Below are positions 28,743 to 37,121 of a stretch of 62,215 nucleotides of DNA, piece after piece; the stretch's first letter is position 1; the number at the start of each line of letters is the position of its first letter. This stretch comes from Candidatus Binatia bacterium. Its GTDB lineage: Bacteria; Desulfobacterota; Binatia; Bin18. The position numbers and the translations under genes were made by a program. Location: NCBI GenBank assembly GCA_022824615.1, contig JAJDZM010000274.1:1-62215 (forward strand), read 5' to 3'. A model generated the notes under the pieces. It made no database searches, was not told where the DNA came from, and saw only the letters and a program-made list of their open reading frames with translations.

Positions 28743-29733
28743 CTTTTATTTAGGCGTCCTCATGGCCTTATCGATAGCGCTGCTTACGAATTTTTTGAAG
28801 CTATCAGAGAGCTTAAACGGACAAAATCCTAGTGGAGAAGTTCAATCCGCTTTGTTTTTTTTCTTTGCTGCCGGAGCCGTGAGTTTAGGTCTCGCCAGAC
28901 TTGGAATCTCGATTGGTATCCAGACGTACAAAAAAAGGGGAGTGACGAGAATTGCTAGTCCGGGAGGGACGGTGTCTCCTGGGTTGCTCTTGATGTTGGT
29001 AATGTTGGCGGTGGCTGGGGTACTCGCTTCTGGATTTTTTATTGCGATCCTCGAACTCGGTCCCAGTGTGGCCGAGACTCTGGAATCTGGCCTCGCTCCG
29101 TTATTCTACCTAATCTTCTACTTGGCAGCCAGACGGCGTTCCGCTGAAATTGAGCAGGTAGTTCCTAATACAGGTCGTATTTCTTGGGGTGCTCTGCTAA
29201 TTGCTTGTGGCCTGATTTGCCTAGGGCTATCGATTAATCTGAACAAAATTCAGGACAATCTTCCTATCCTGGAGGCGACACTCAAAAACGTTATACCCGT
29301 GGCTTTCGGGGTCGTGGGAGCCGTAGGCTCAGCGTTGTCAGTCCTGTTAACTCGATCCATAAAGAAAGAGCACGACGTGCCAATGCCCCTCTTGGTGCTA
29401 CTCCGCTATAGCGGAGTAGCTGTAGTCTATTTTCTGCTGACCGGTTCCTTTGAAGACGTTACCAAGGAATCTGCGCTACTAGCTTTCTGCAGTGGTGCCG
29501 TGTTGATACACCTATTGTTCTTCTTTATGGTAAACATCACCGGCGACCTCGTTGCAGCCGCCTCGCTAGGGCTGGCCCCGGTGCTGACACTTGCCATTGA
29601 ATTTCTTCTGTCCTCTCACGCTAATATGGAGTCCAAGATACCGTTCGAGGCTCCTGGTGTTTGGGTGGGTGTCGTCATTGCGATGATCGGTATTTTCCTC
29701 TTGGAAAAGGAGAGCGACAGAATATCCCGTTAA
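28735..29733 (+). CDS. DMT/EamA-like multi-pass membrane transporter
   Basis: ~10 hydrophobic segments in two halves; F..AI..LGPSVA..L...APLF and A..SLGLAPVLTL..EF..GV.IAMIGI motifs. Confidence 0.7.
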   Translation: MRDFYLGVLMALSIALLTNFLKLSESLNGQNPSGEVQSALFFFFAAGAVSLGLARLGISIGIQTYKKRGVTRIASPGGTVSPGLLLMLVMLAVAGVLASGFFIAILELGPSVAETLESGLAPLFYLIFYLAARRRSAEIEQVVPNTGRISWGALLIACGLICLGLSINLNKIQDNLPILEATLKNVIPVAFGVVGAVGSALSVLLTRSIKKEHDVPMPLLVLLRYSGVAVVYFLLTGSFEDVTKESALLAFCSGAVLIHLLFFFMVNITGDLVAAASLGLAPVLTLAIEFLLSSHANMESKIPFEAPGVWVGVVIAMIGIFLLEKESDRISR

Positions 29734-29901
29734 CCAGGGAGATTCTGCTGAACTTCGTACCTGGAGCTGATTTGAGTACAACAATCTTTTCCGTACCTTG
29801 TGTCACGGTGGGATGAGTAAATGCAGTCACCCAGGCATTCTTTGAGTCAACACAAGGAGCTTGAGTCGCGCCGGTTTTGCGGGCGTCCTCATCGCTGCCA
29901 G

Positions 29902-30393
29902 CTACATCAAAAACGACATATTCGGCAGCGGTTCGGCGGCGTTGACCAGGACGACTTTCTTGCGGCTCATCTTGAGCTCATCGCCAACCCACCGAAGGGT
30001 ATGCGTCGTGTGCCCAGTCCACAGGTGGGTCTCGTGTTTGGCTTGAATCGAGAGCTCGACCAAAAGGAAATTCGAGCCCACAACGAACTCCTTATCTTCG
30101 TTTTTTTCAACTTCGATATTAGAAATCAGCCGGCGCATGGACGACGCCGGTTCTTGACTGTAGCGATGGCCGCTTTGCAGGAGTTTGATGCGCGTGGCAA
30201 TCCGCTGCCGGTTGTCGTAGATGTGCGAGATATGGGTGTTGGGGTCAGCCTCCGGGTCGGTTATCGCCGGTACCCAGTACACGGCCTCGTCCGTCCATAA
30301 GGCTTCCCAGTCCGCATAGCGCGCCTCATCCGCGAAACGCGCCTCTTTGTACAGGAAGGCCTCAACGGCTCTATACTCGGCGTCGGACACCAT
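29902..30393 (-). CDS. Ring-hydroxylating oxygenase beta subunit (orphan)
   Basis: VEAFLYKEARFADEARY..WEALW..YWVP, RRLISNIEV, RKKVVLVN. Confidence 0.9.
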   Translation of the reverse strand: MVSDAEYRAVEAFLYKEARFADEARYADWEALWTDEAVYWVPAITDPEADPNTHISHIYDNRQRIATRIKLLQSGHRYSQEPASSMRRLISNIEVEKNEDKEFVVGSNFLLVELSIQAKHETHLWTGHTTHTLRWVGDELKMSRKKVVLVNAAEPLPNMSFLM

Positions 30394-30398
30394 GGCCG

Positions 30399-30859
30399 TT
30401 ATGCCTGGCCGTTTTGCATTACGCCGCGATAGTGCGACCAGAACGCCCGATTTGTTGTCTCATCGGTCATATGCCCGACGCGCTGCTGGTGGCTATCGAC
30501 ATACTCACGGTCCAGGCCGCGGCTCAGCTCCAGCCATGATAGGGGCAGGTAAACGTGCGAGTGTGGCCGCGTTCCGCCGGGCAGACGGTCGTACCACGAT
30601 GTGCACAGCGGTTGAGGAGGGCCGAGACGGTGTGGTCCGTGCGGCGCACCAGGATGACCGACTGGGTGCCGACCTGGCGCGTAATAAAGTCCCCCGGCTG
30701 GGGGATTTCACTCTCGTGACCAATAAACACCCAGCCGTGGTAGAAAATTTTTTCCAACTCATCGCTAAAGATATGCGGGTCGGTGTACAGCGACCGATGG
30801 ACCCGTTCGCTTTGGACAAGGGCGTCGTACTGGATCGGATCAATGGCAGTCTGTTGCAT
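30399..30859 (-). pseudogene. Rieske oxygenase alpha subunit with large internal deletion
   Basis: N-terminus to CAHRG..CPYHGWS joined out of frame to C-terminus ELSRGLDRE..GHMTDETTNRAFWSHYRGVM; only ~460 bp remain. Confidence 0.85.
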
Positions 30860-30999
30860 AGGATGTCCCCCAGGCCAGACTACCACCTGCTCTATCGTTT
30901 GGTAAGTGAACCTGTGGCTTGCTGACATTCCGAAGACGATGGTAGGTAGGAAGGGTGACGGAAAACGGGCAGACAGAAACTCGAAAGAATAAGCGTCGA

Positions 31000-31104
31000 A
31001 TGGAACTTGCGTTATTGCTGTCCTTAGTGCTGGGGGCCACCATTATTGGCTGGCTGGGGTTTTACCTGAAAGATCGACGCGAAGAGAAGTCTCGTCACCG
31101 GTAA
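31000..31104 (+). CDS. Putative 34-aa single-pass membrane peptide
   Basis: MELALLLSLVLGATIIGWLGFYLKDRREEKSRHR; below ORF-track cutoff; weak SD. Confidence 0.4.
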   Translation: MELALLLSLVLGATIIGWLGFYLKDRREEKSRHR

Positions 31105-31110
31105 ACGGCC

Positions 31111-31222
31111 CTATCTATCCGGTCCAGAGTTGAGCTTCGTGTCTAGCTTGGACCGCCAGCACCCCTTCAAGAATCCGGCCAAAGGCTCAAGCTTATCGAT
31201 ATCGCCGTAAGGGTCGATACGT
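31111..31222 (-). pseudogene. Degenerate Txe/YoeB toxin fragment
   Basis: IDPYGDIDKLEPLAGFLKGCWRSKLD resembles YoeB P..GIGKPEPL...LSG.WSRRI. Confidence 0.45.
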
Positions 31223-32035
31223 CTACCGATTGACAAACACCGGATCACGTTTCTCTTGGAAGGCGGCCACGGCCTCGCGCATGTCTTCTCCCAGCGTGCA
31301 GGCCAGCCCCAGATGGGCGTCGGCATAGGTAATATCGCCCGCCTTATTCGTGCTCAGCGCTTTGAAGAATTCTTTTGTACGACGCAGCGCCATGGGCGGC
31401 TTGTTGAGCAGCTTCTGGGCAAAGGCGTGGACCGCGTGGTGCAGCTCCTCCAACGGCACAACCTGGTTGACCAGGCCGACCTCGCAGGCTTCTTCTGCGG
31501 TCAGCTCATCACAGGTCATCACCAGTTCTTTGGCTTTAGCCATGCCGATCAGGTTGATCATGCGGGTAATGGAACCCCACATATATGGCACGCCCAACCG
31601 TACCTCGGGCAACCACATCCGGGCGCCACTGGCGGCAATACGAAAATCACACGCCATAGCCAAGGACACGCCGCCACCCACCGCAAAACCATTGACCGCG
31701 GCGATGCTGATCTGGTCCAGGCGTTCCCACTCGTCCATCACCCGCCAGCCAAGCTTTGCCATCCGCAGCCTGGCGGTATCGGTGAGTGCGGCCTGAGTTT
31801 CCGGTTTGGAGCTCTTGGACAGGGCGTTCATATCCGCGCCAACACTGAACGAACGGCCCTTGCCGGTCAGGACCACAACCCGTGAGTCCTCGTCCTCTTG
31901 GAGCTCATAGGTAATGGCCAGAAACTCGCGCAGTACCTGCTCATTGAGGGGATTGAGTTTTGCCGGTCGATTGAAAGAGACGGTCACAATGGGGCCGGAG
32001 CGTTCGAGGGTAAATGTTTCGTATGTTGTGGTCAT
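31223..32035 (-). CDS. Enoyl-CoA hydratase/isomerase family
   Basis: FNRPAKLNPL, GKGRSFSVGADM, AAVNGFAVGGG, PEVRLG. Confidence 0.92.
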   Translation of the reverse strand: MTTTYETFTLERSGPIVTVSFNRPAKLNPLNEQVLREFLAITYELQEDEDSRVVVLTGKGRSFSVGADMNALSKSSKPETQAALTDTARLRMAKLGWRVMDEWERLDQISIAAVNGFAVGGGVSLAMACDFRIAASGARMWLPEVRLGVPYMWGSITRMINLIGMAKAKELVMTCDELTAEEACEVGLVNQVVPLEELHHAVHAFAQKLLNKPPMALRRTKEFFKALSTNKAGDITYADAHLGLACTLGEDMREAVAAFQEKRDPVFVNR

Positions 32036-32161
32036 GTGTAATGTTCTCCTGCTTTTCTTGATTTTGGTTCCTTACTTTCTTTGGTGGCTGCACTCCCTAT
32101 CAAGCTTTTGTCAGTGACAGTCAGGGATAAAATGAGTGCTCGGAGTTCATGAGGGGAGCAA

Positions 32162-32377
32162 TTACGCCTTTGCCGTTTGGAGGACAACTCCAAGCTCATG
32201 GGCGGGGGTCTTTGACTTAAAGTATAATCGCTCGAAGCCAATAGCCTCGCCCTGAACATCCTTGATTAAAATAAGACCACGGCCTACTTCTTCGCACACT
32301 TCCTCATGTTCTGGGTCATCCCAGTACACAGTGAGGGTTTCTCCGGCTGGAGCATGAATGACTTTTATACTGACCAT
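32162..32377 (-). CDS. DUF2283-like putative antitoxin
   Basis: TLTVYWDDPEHEEVCEEVG..LILIKDVQGEAIGFERL. Confidence 0.75.
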   Translation of the reverse strand: MVSIKVIHAPAGETLTVYWDDPEHEEVCEEVGRGLILIKDVQGEAIGFERLYFKSKTPAHELGVVLQTAKA

Positions 32378-32442
32378 ATCACCTCTCCTTCTTTTACCCT
32401 ATCACATGGATAGGCAGCGATAAGAAATCCCCCGCCCTCCAC
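32365..32442 (-). pseudogene. 3' end of the cognate RelE-fold/DUF4258-like toxin (split gene)
   Basis: VEGGGFLIAAYPCDRVKEGEVIWSV*, overlapping antitoxin ATG; 5' half is at 33965-34172. Confidence 0.7.
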
Positions 32443-32548
32443 TGATTTATCTTGTCGTAAACACAAAATTCTCTGTCATCCGTACCCGGACTTCTTTTAA
32501 GTGCGTCACATACTTGGGAAATCCGCCATTATAATTACCATCCTGACG
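32440..32548 (-). repeat. Diverged copy of the 3' end of BVMO 34181-35944 (matches 34174-34282)
   Basis: 109 bp, ~14 mismatches by hand count; translates RQDGNYNGGFPKYVTHLKEVRVRMTENFVFTTR*. Confidence 0.9.
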
Positions 32549-32638
32549 ATATTGATAAGGCTGCTTAGCGGGTGTCCTGGCTCGCGATCCGTCCTGGGCG
32601 GTCGATAACGTTCCTTTACGTCTACCTTGGGCAGGGCA

Positions 32639-33187
32639 TCACGGATCAATCGGTGAGCGTGGGCAGGCCGGCTCATTGACCCGCAGATAGGCGTCAAGGA
32701 ACCCATCCATCGCTTGTGCGATCACGGAGAGGATGAAAGCTGCATTTCCAGAGTACATGCCGGTCTTGCCATAGAGGCCCCCGACCATATCATTAGTCCG
32801 AGCAGGAATAGAGAGGCCGGTGAGAGGATCGTAGAGATGCTTATAGAGAGCCATCTCAATGCTGAATGCTCCTCCTGGTCTTCTCCGTGAGTTGACAACG
32901 CTTACATGCACCATCAGCATCGGAACCTCAAGATCATTAGTATCAGTATAGAGCCATGCGGACCGCAGTCGGCTGCGCACCGCCGTAGCGACGCTCTCCT
33001 CTGTCAGGCCCGCCGTGACCGCATCTTCAGAGATAACGACGCCTAGCCTTAGTGGGCTGCACCCAGTCCAATACGTAAAGCGCATGAATTCTTCATTGGT
33101 GATAGCCTGTGATGGTGCGGCGATGGCCAGCAGGACCGACAGGGCCACCAGGACGCCCCCCACAAGCCTCAGACAGCGGTGTTCCAT
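32639..33187 (-). CDS. Secreted hypothetical protein
   Basis: Signal peptide ending SQA; TGCSPLRL..AGLTEESVATAVRSRLRSAWLY. Confidence 0.7.
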   Translation of the reverse strand: MEHRCLRLVGGVLVALSVLLAIAAPSQAITNEEFMRFTYWTGCSPLRLGVVISEDAVTAGLTEESVATAVRSRLRSAWLYTDTNDLEVPMLMVHVSVVNSRRRPGGAFSIEMALYKHLYDPLTGLSIPARTNDMVGGLYGKTGMYSGNAAFILSVIAQAMDGFLDAYLRVNEPACPRSPIDP

Positions 33188-33341
33188 CGTATGTTCTTCC
33201 TCTCACGTTTCGGTCCCTGACGGCTGTCGCGCAATCATGCGGCTGCCCGGAATCTTGCCCCTTGCTGTCCTGGGCGCCGCATGGCCTCGGGTCGAGAGTG
33301 CGAGCCGGATCGTGCAGCCAAGCAGAGATTGCATGTCAGGT

Positions 33342-33851
33342 CTACTTCCGCATAGAATTTCTCAGCCGTATCTGGTCAAACTCTCGCAGGCTCTCAGTAC
33401 CTTTTTTGGGGCCTAATATCGTCAATAATGCGTCGTCAAGCGTAGCATGAATCCTTTCTTTGGCTGGGATATAGGACTCCTCTAGCTTATAGACACTTAG
33501 CAAGTTCACCACTTTCCTTTTGTATTCGTCGGGGTGCTCACGCGCGAGATCCACCAGGGCATGGATTCCGCCGATACGCATAGAATCAAGATTGTGGCCG
33601 AGCATTTCGACAGCGCGCTGGTATCGGTCAGAGAGCAAGCCCCCTTGCGCGATTTCGGCTTGCCGCTGCGCAACCATGCTGCGCCAGACCGCTAAGCCCA
33701 TTGCCAGAGGCGCACCCCAGATCAGGACAAGGTTTCTGATGGTCGCGGCAGCGGACGGTTCTCCCTCAGAGAGGGCGTTCCAAAAGCAGAACGAAAAACC
33801 TATCGCCGCAAGGACGTAAACTGCGATGGCGACGGTGATTGTTACTCCCAT
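33342..33851 (-). CDS. Membrane protein with the domain usually N-terminal to pentapeptide repeats (repeats absent)
   Basis: Two TM helices then DRYQRAVEMLG..SMRIGGIHALVDLAREHP. Confidence 0.6.
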   Translation of the reverse strand: MGVTITVAIAVYVLAAIGFSFCFWNALSEGEPSAAATIRNLVLIWGAPLAMGLAVWRSMVAQRQAEIAQGGLLSDRYQRAVEMLGHNLDSMRIGGIHALVDLAREHPDEYKRKVVNLLSVYKLEESYIPAKERIHATLDDALLTILGPKKGTESLREFDQIRLRNSMRK

Positions 33852-33964
33852 TAGTCGATATTGGTGTTCTCCTGTCGCCGGATTTTCTCCTCGCGAGACA
33901 TGGCCGCCCGTTCAGCCTTCTGCTCCTCGGTCAGCCGCGTCCGCGCATGGCACGTTCGCGCCGC
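33852..33964 (-). repeat. Diverged internal fragment of BVMO (matches 34896-35009)
   Basis: RERAMRG..LTEEQ.AERAAMSREEKIRRQEN.NIDY at nucleotide level, one indel; abuts ATG of 33342-33851. Confidence 0.9.
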
Positions 33965-34172
33965 AAAGACAAATCCCTGCATCCTGTGGGCTGCAACAAG
34001 TCCGACCTGGAGCGGAAAGGACTTGAATAACAGCCTGCACGCGGCCTCTGAGCTTCGGATGTTTTGTCTCGATGAGCGACCAATAGTCTGCGGTTGTGCG
34101 CACAGAGAATCCCAGGGGGGTTACCACCTCAAAAAGATTTCCGCCCTGTGGATTCACCCCTACCCTCGCCAT
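33965..34172 (-). pseudogene. 5' half of RelE-fold/DUF4258-like toxin
   Basis: LFEVVTPLGFSVRTTADYWSLIETKHP..VLSAP..SPQD, family normally paired with DUF2283. Confidence 0.7.
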
Positions 34173-34180
34173 TCACTGAT

Positions 34181-35944
34181 TTATTCTTTCGTAAACACAA
34201 AATTCTCTGTCATCTGTGCCCGAATTTCTTTGAGGTACGTCACATACTTGGGAAAGCCGCCGTTATAATTGCCGTCCTGACGGCGCTGAAATTCACCCTC
34301 GAAATTATAATAGCCCGGCGTACAGTCCTGGTTGCGGGTGGTTTTGCCGCGATGATGGATCACTTCCTGAACCCACCACTCTTCCGCCTCGGGGGTCACG
34401 TCGATGGACTGATAGTCATGCCGCCGCACATAGTCGATACACGCTGCAATATGATCACCCTGGGATTGCAGCATGTCCGTCAGGTTGAACTGAAACGATG
34501 CCTGATAGCCACCCATGATAAACAGGTTGGGATAGCTCTGTGAGTGAATGCCGAGCAGGGTGCGGATGCCGGTGCTGTATTTGTCGTTCAGGTCGAGGCC
34601 GTTTTCTCCTTTGATCTGATTGTAAATCCCGGTCTTCTGCACCTCGAAGCCGGTGGCATAGATCAGGAGATCGAGCTCGTACTGTGTCCCGCCAAATACC
34701 GGTCCTTTGGCCGTGATTTCAGTGATGCCTTTGCCGTGGGTATCGACCAGGTGCACGTTAGGGCGGTTGAAGGTCGGCAGATAGTCGTTGTGAAAACAGG
34801 GCCGCTTGCACATAAACATATACCACGGCTTGAGCGCCTCCGCGGTGACCTTGTCCCTCACGACCTCGTCGATGCGTTTATGAATCTTCATCATGTAGTC
34901 GATATTGGCGTTCTCCTGTCGTCGGATTTTCTCCTCACGAGACATGGCCGCCCGCTCGGCCTGCTGCTCCTCGGTCAACCGCGGCCCGCGCATGGCGCGT
35001 TCGCGCCGCTTGGCCTGCCAACCCGGCTTCAGTTTACGTGCCCAGTTGGGATCGGTCGGCCAGTCGTCCCGGATATCAATCGACGACGGCGTGCGCTGGA
35101 ACACGTACAACTCTTTGGAGGATGCACCGAGGCCGGGAATAGCCTGCACCGCGGTCGCGCCCGTGCCGATAATGCCGACGACCTTGTCCTCCAGGCCGGA
35201 CAAGTCCTCCTTGGTGTAATCATAGTCCCAGCGCGAGGTATGAAAGGAGTGGCCTTTGAAGGACTCCATCCCCTTAATTTTGGACAGCTTGGGCTTGGAC
35301 AGCGTGCCGTTGGCGCAGATCACGAAGCGCGCTTTCATGTGGTCGCCTCGGTCCGTGGTGAGGTACCACATCTCTTCTTCTTCGTTCCATATAGTTGAGG
35401 TGACCGTGGTCTGGAAAACCGCCAGCTCGTATAAATTGTATTTTTTGGCAATGGCTTGGCAGTGGGCCAGGATTTCCGGTCCCTTGGCGTAATGGTCTTT
35501 GGGCACGTAGTCCATTTCATCAAGCAGCGGCAGGTAATCATAAGCCACCACGTCGCAGGCCACCCCGGGGTAGCGATTCCAGTACCAGGTCCCCCCGACG
35601 TCCGCTCCCCGCTCGACAATACGGATACTCTCAACGCCATACTCCCGCAGCCGGGCCGAGGTGAGCAGAGCCGAGAATCCTCCACCGATAAACAAGCACT
35701 CGACCGTATCGTTGATGGGCTCGCGGGGGAGAATCTCCCCGCCGTAGGGGTCGGTCTCGTATTTGGCGAAAGAACCGGAGAGGTCAGATGTATACTGTGC
35801 CGTACCCTCCGGGCGGTAGTGCAGCCTCAGGTCGCGTTCCTCGGCGAATTTTTGCTTAATAGCATTGTAATACGCCTGCGATTTTCCAGATTTCGAGAGC
35901 CCATTCATGCTGCCAATCAGGGGCTTCTCCTGCGCCTCACTCAT
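34181..35944 (-). CDS. Baeyer-Villiger monooxygenase
   Basis: [45 protein letters not shown]. Confidence 0.92.
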   Translation of the reverse strand: MSEAQEKPLIGSMNGLSKSGKSQAYYNAIKQKFAEERDLRLHYRPEGTAQYTSDLSGSFAKYETDPYGGEILPREPINDTVECLFIGGGFSALLTSARLREYGVESIRIVERGADVGGTWYWNRYPGVACDVVAYDYLPLLDEMDYVPKDHYAKGPEILAHCQAIAKKYNLYELAVFQTTVTSTIWNEEEEMWYLTTDRGDHMKARFVICANGTLSKPKLSKIKGMESFKGHSFHTSRWDYDYTKEDLSGLEDKVVGIIGTGATAVQAIPGLGASSKELYVFQRTPSSIDIRDDWPTDPNWARKLKPGWQAKRRERAMRGPRLTEEQQAERAAMSREEKIRRQENANIDYMMKIHKRIDEVVRDKVTAEALKPWYMFMCKRPCFHNDYLPTFNRPNVHLVDTHGKGITEITAKGPVFGGTQYELDLLIYATGFEVQKTGIYNQIKGENGLDLNDKYSTGIRTLLGIHSQSYPNLFIMGGYQASFQFNLTDMLQSQGDHIAACIDYVRRHDYQSIDVTPEAEEWWVQEVIHHRGKTTRNQDCTPGYYNFEGEFQRRQDGNYNGGFPKYVTYLKEIRAQMTENFVFTKE

Positions 35945-36043
35945 ATATGCAGTCCTCCGTACATCAACACTGGTCGTTCTTGAGACTGGCCGAGTATAAC
36001 AGAGCCGTAGCGCAGCGGGGAAGCGGCGCCTGGGGGGTGCTGC

Positions 36044-36640
36044 TTAATCCGAGTACAGGGGATGTGAACCGAACTGATTTTTTCGCACAGCCTCCCCCGT
36101 GGTGGCCACATACCCGACCCCGCGCCCGACGCTGTCGAGGTACTGGGCGATGGTGTCGCCAAACAACCGTTGCTGATAGGCCCGCTTCCGAGGGGCGGAC
36201 AAGTCCGCTTTCAGGTAGGGAATCACGGTAATGGCCAACTCGCTCTGCCGCTCGCCCTGCGCCGTGATGCGCCACTCCACACGGGCCGTCTTGCGTGAGG
36301 GCGGCCCAACTTCAATGTCAAATCCCACCCCCTCGAGCCACCTCACAAAATCGCGCTCGTAATGCACGCCACTGTAGTACGAGACCGTGTCCTTTGCCCC
36401 AACCCCGGGCCATTTGAGCACCGTGGTTGCCTGACAGAAGGGGTGATAGCGGAGGAGTTGACCGGGTTGAGAGATCACCTGCCAGACACGGTCTGCAGCG
36501 GCCTCAATCAGGTGCCGGACCTCTACCGCCTCGCCCGGCTCAAGCCCTCGGGCGGCCAATTCGGTTTGCAATTGCTCTCTGTCTGCTTTCACGCTGGGAT
36601 TCCCCGCTACAAATACTCTGAGTAACCAGCATGCATGCAA
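36044..36640 (-). CDS. SRPBCC / polyketide cyclase-like protein (start uncertain, GTG 36592 possible)
   Basis: IEAAADRVWQVISQPG.L..YHPFC..GVGAKDTV. Confidence 0.7.
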   Translation of the reverse strand: MHACWLLRVFVAGNPSVKADREQLQTELAARGLEPGEAVEVRHLIEAAADRVWQVISQPGQLLRYHPFCQATTVLKWPGVGAKDTVSYYSGVHYERDFVRWLEGVGFDIEVGPPSRKTARVEWRITAQGERQSELAITVIPYLKADLSAPRKRAYQQRLFGDTIAQYLDSVGRGVGYVATTGEAVRKNQFGSHPLYSD

Positions 36641-36648
36641 GCGTCCGG

Positions 36649-37059
36649 CTAGCTATCGAACGTCCCACCAATAGCGGCCGTGTCGTTGTATTCGCGCAGA
36701 TAGGAGAGCTTGCCATCCTCGGCGAATCGGAATTCCCAAACGAACGCCATATCGCAGGCGCGCCCCGTTGCGACCGATTGGCCGTTCTTTTCTACGCCGG
36801 GCGCCGCCATCCTGCGCGTCTCCGGGTCGAAAATAAAATCGTGGAAGACGACTTCGCCGATCACCCAGGTCTCGGCCAGTTGGGCCAGATATTTTTGTAA
36901 CCCCGCCGGACCCTCGTAGCGGTCGCCAAAAGGGATATGAGACGGCAGAAAATTCTCCCAGGCGAAATCGTCGGCCAGCAGCTTAGTGCACTCGGGTAAA
37001 TCCGTCAGGAGGAGGTTCATGAACTTGTTCACCGTGTCGATCGCCTCTTGTTTTGTCAT
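36649..37059 (-). CDS. SnoaL/NTF2-like protein
   Basis: LLADDFAW..PFGDRYEGPAG..Y...FVWEFRF.DGKLSYLREYNDTA. Confidence 0.85.
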   Translation of the reverse strand: MTKQEAIDTVNKFMNLLLTDLPECTKLLADDFAWENFLPSHIPFGDRYEGPAGLQKYLAQLAETWVIGEVVFHDFIFDPETRRMAAPGVEKNGQSVATGRACDMAFVWEFRFAEDGKLSYLREYNDTAAIGGTFDS

Positions 37060-37121
37060 ATCCTCTCCTCACATGGGTAGGTTTGTCATGGGGGTCTGTC
37101 ACAACTCTCGTTCCCTATCGA

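Noticed and set aside
30524-30526. TGA after CPYHGWS as possible selenocysteine
   Set aside because: Downstream homology is in a different frame and corresponds to the far C-terminus; it is a deletion junction
24800-34300. Integron cassette array explaining the small accessory genes
   Set aside because: No integron integrase and no recurring attC-like RYYYAAC..GTTRRRY elements recognised; genes are in mixed orientations
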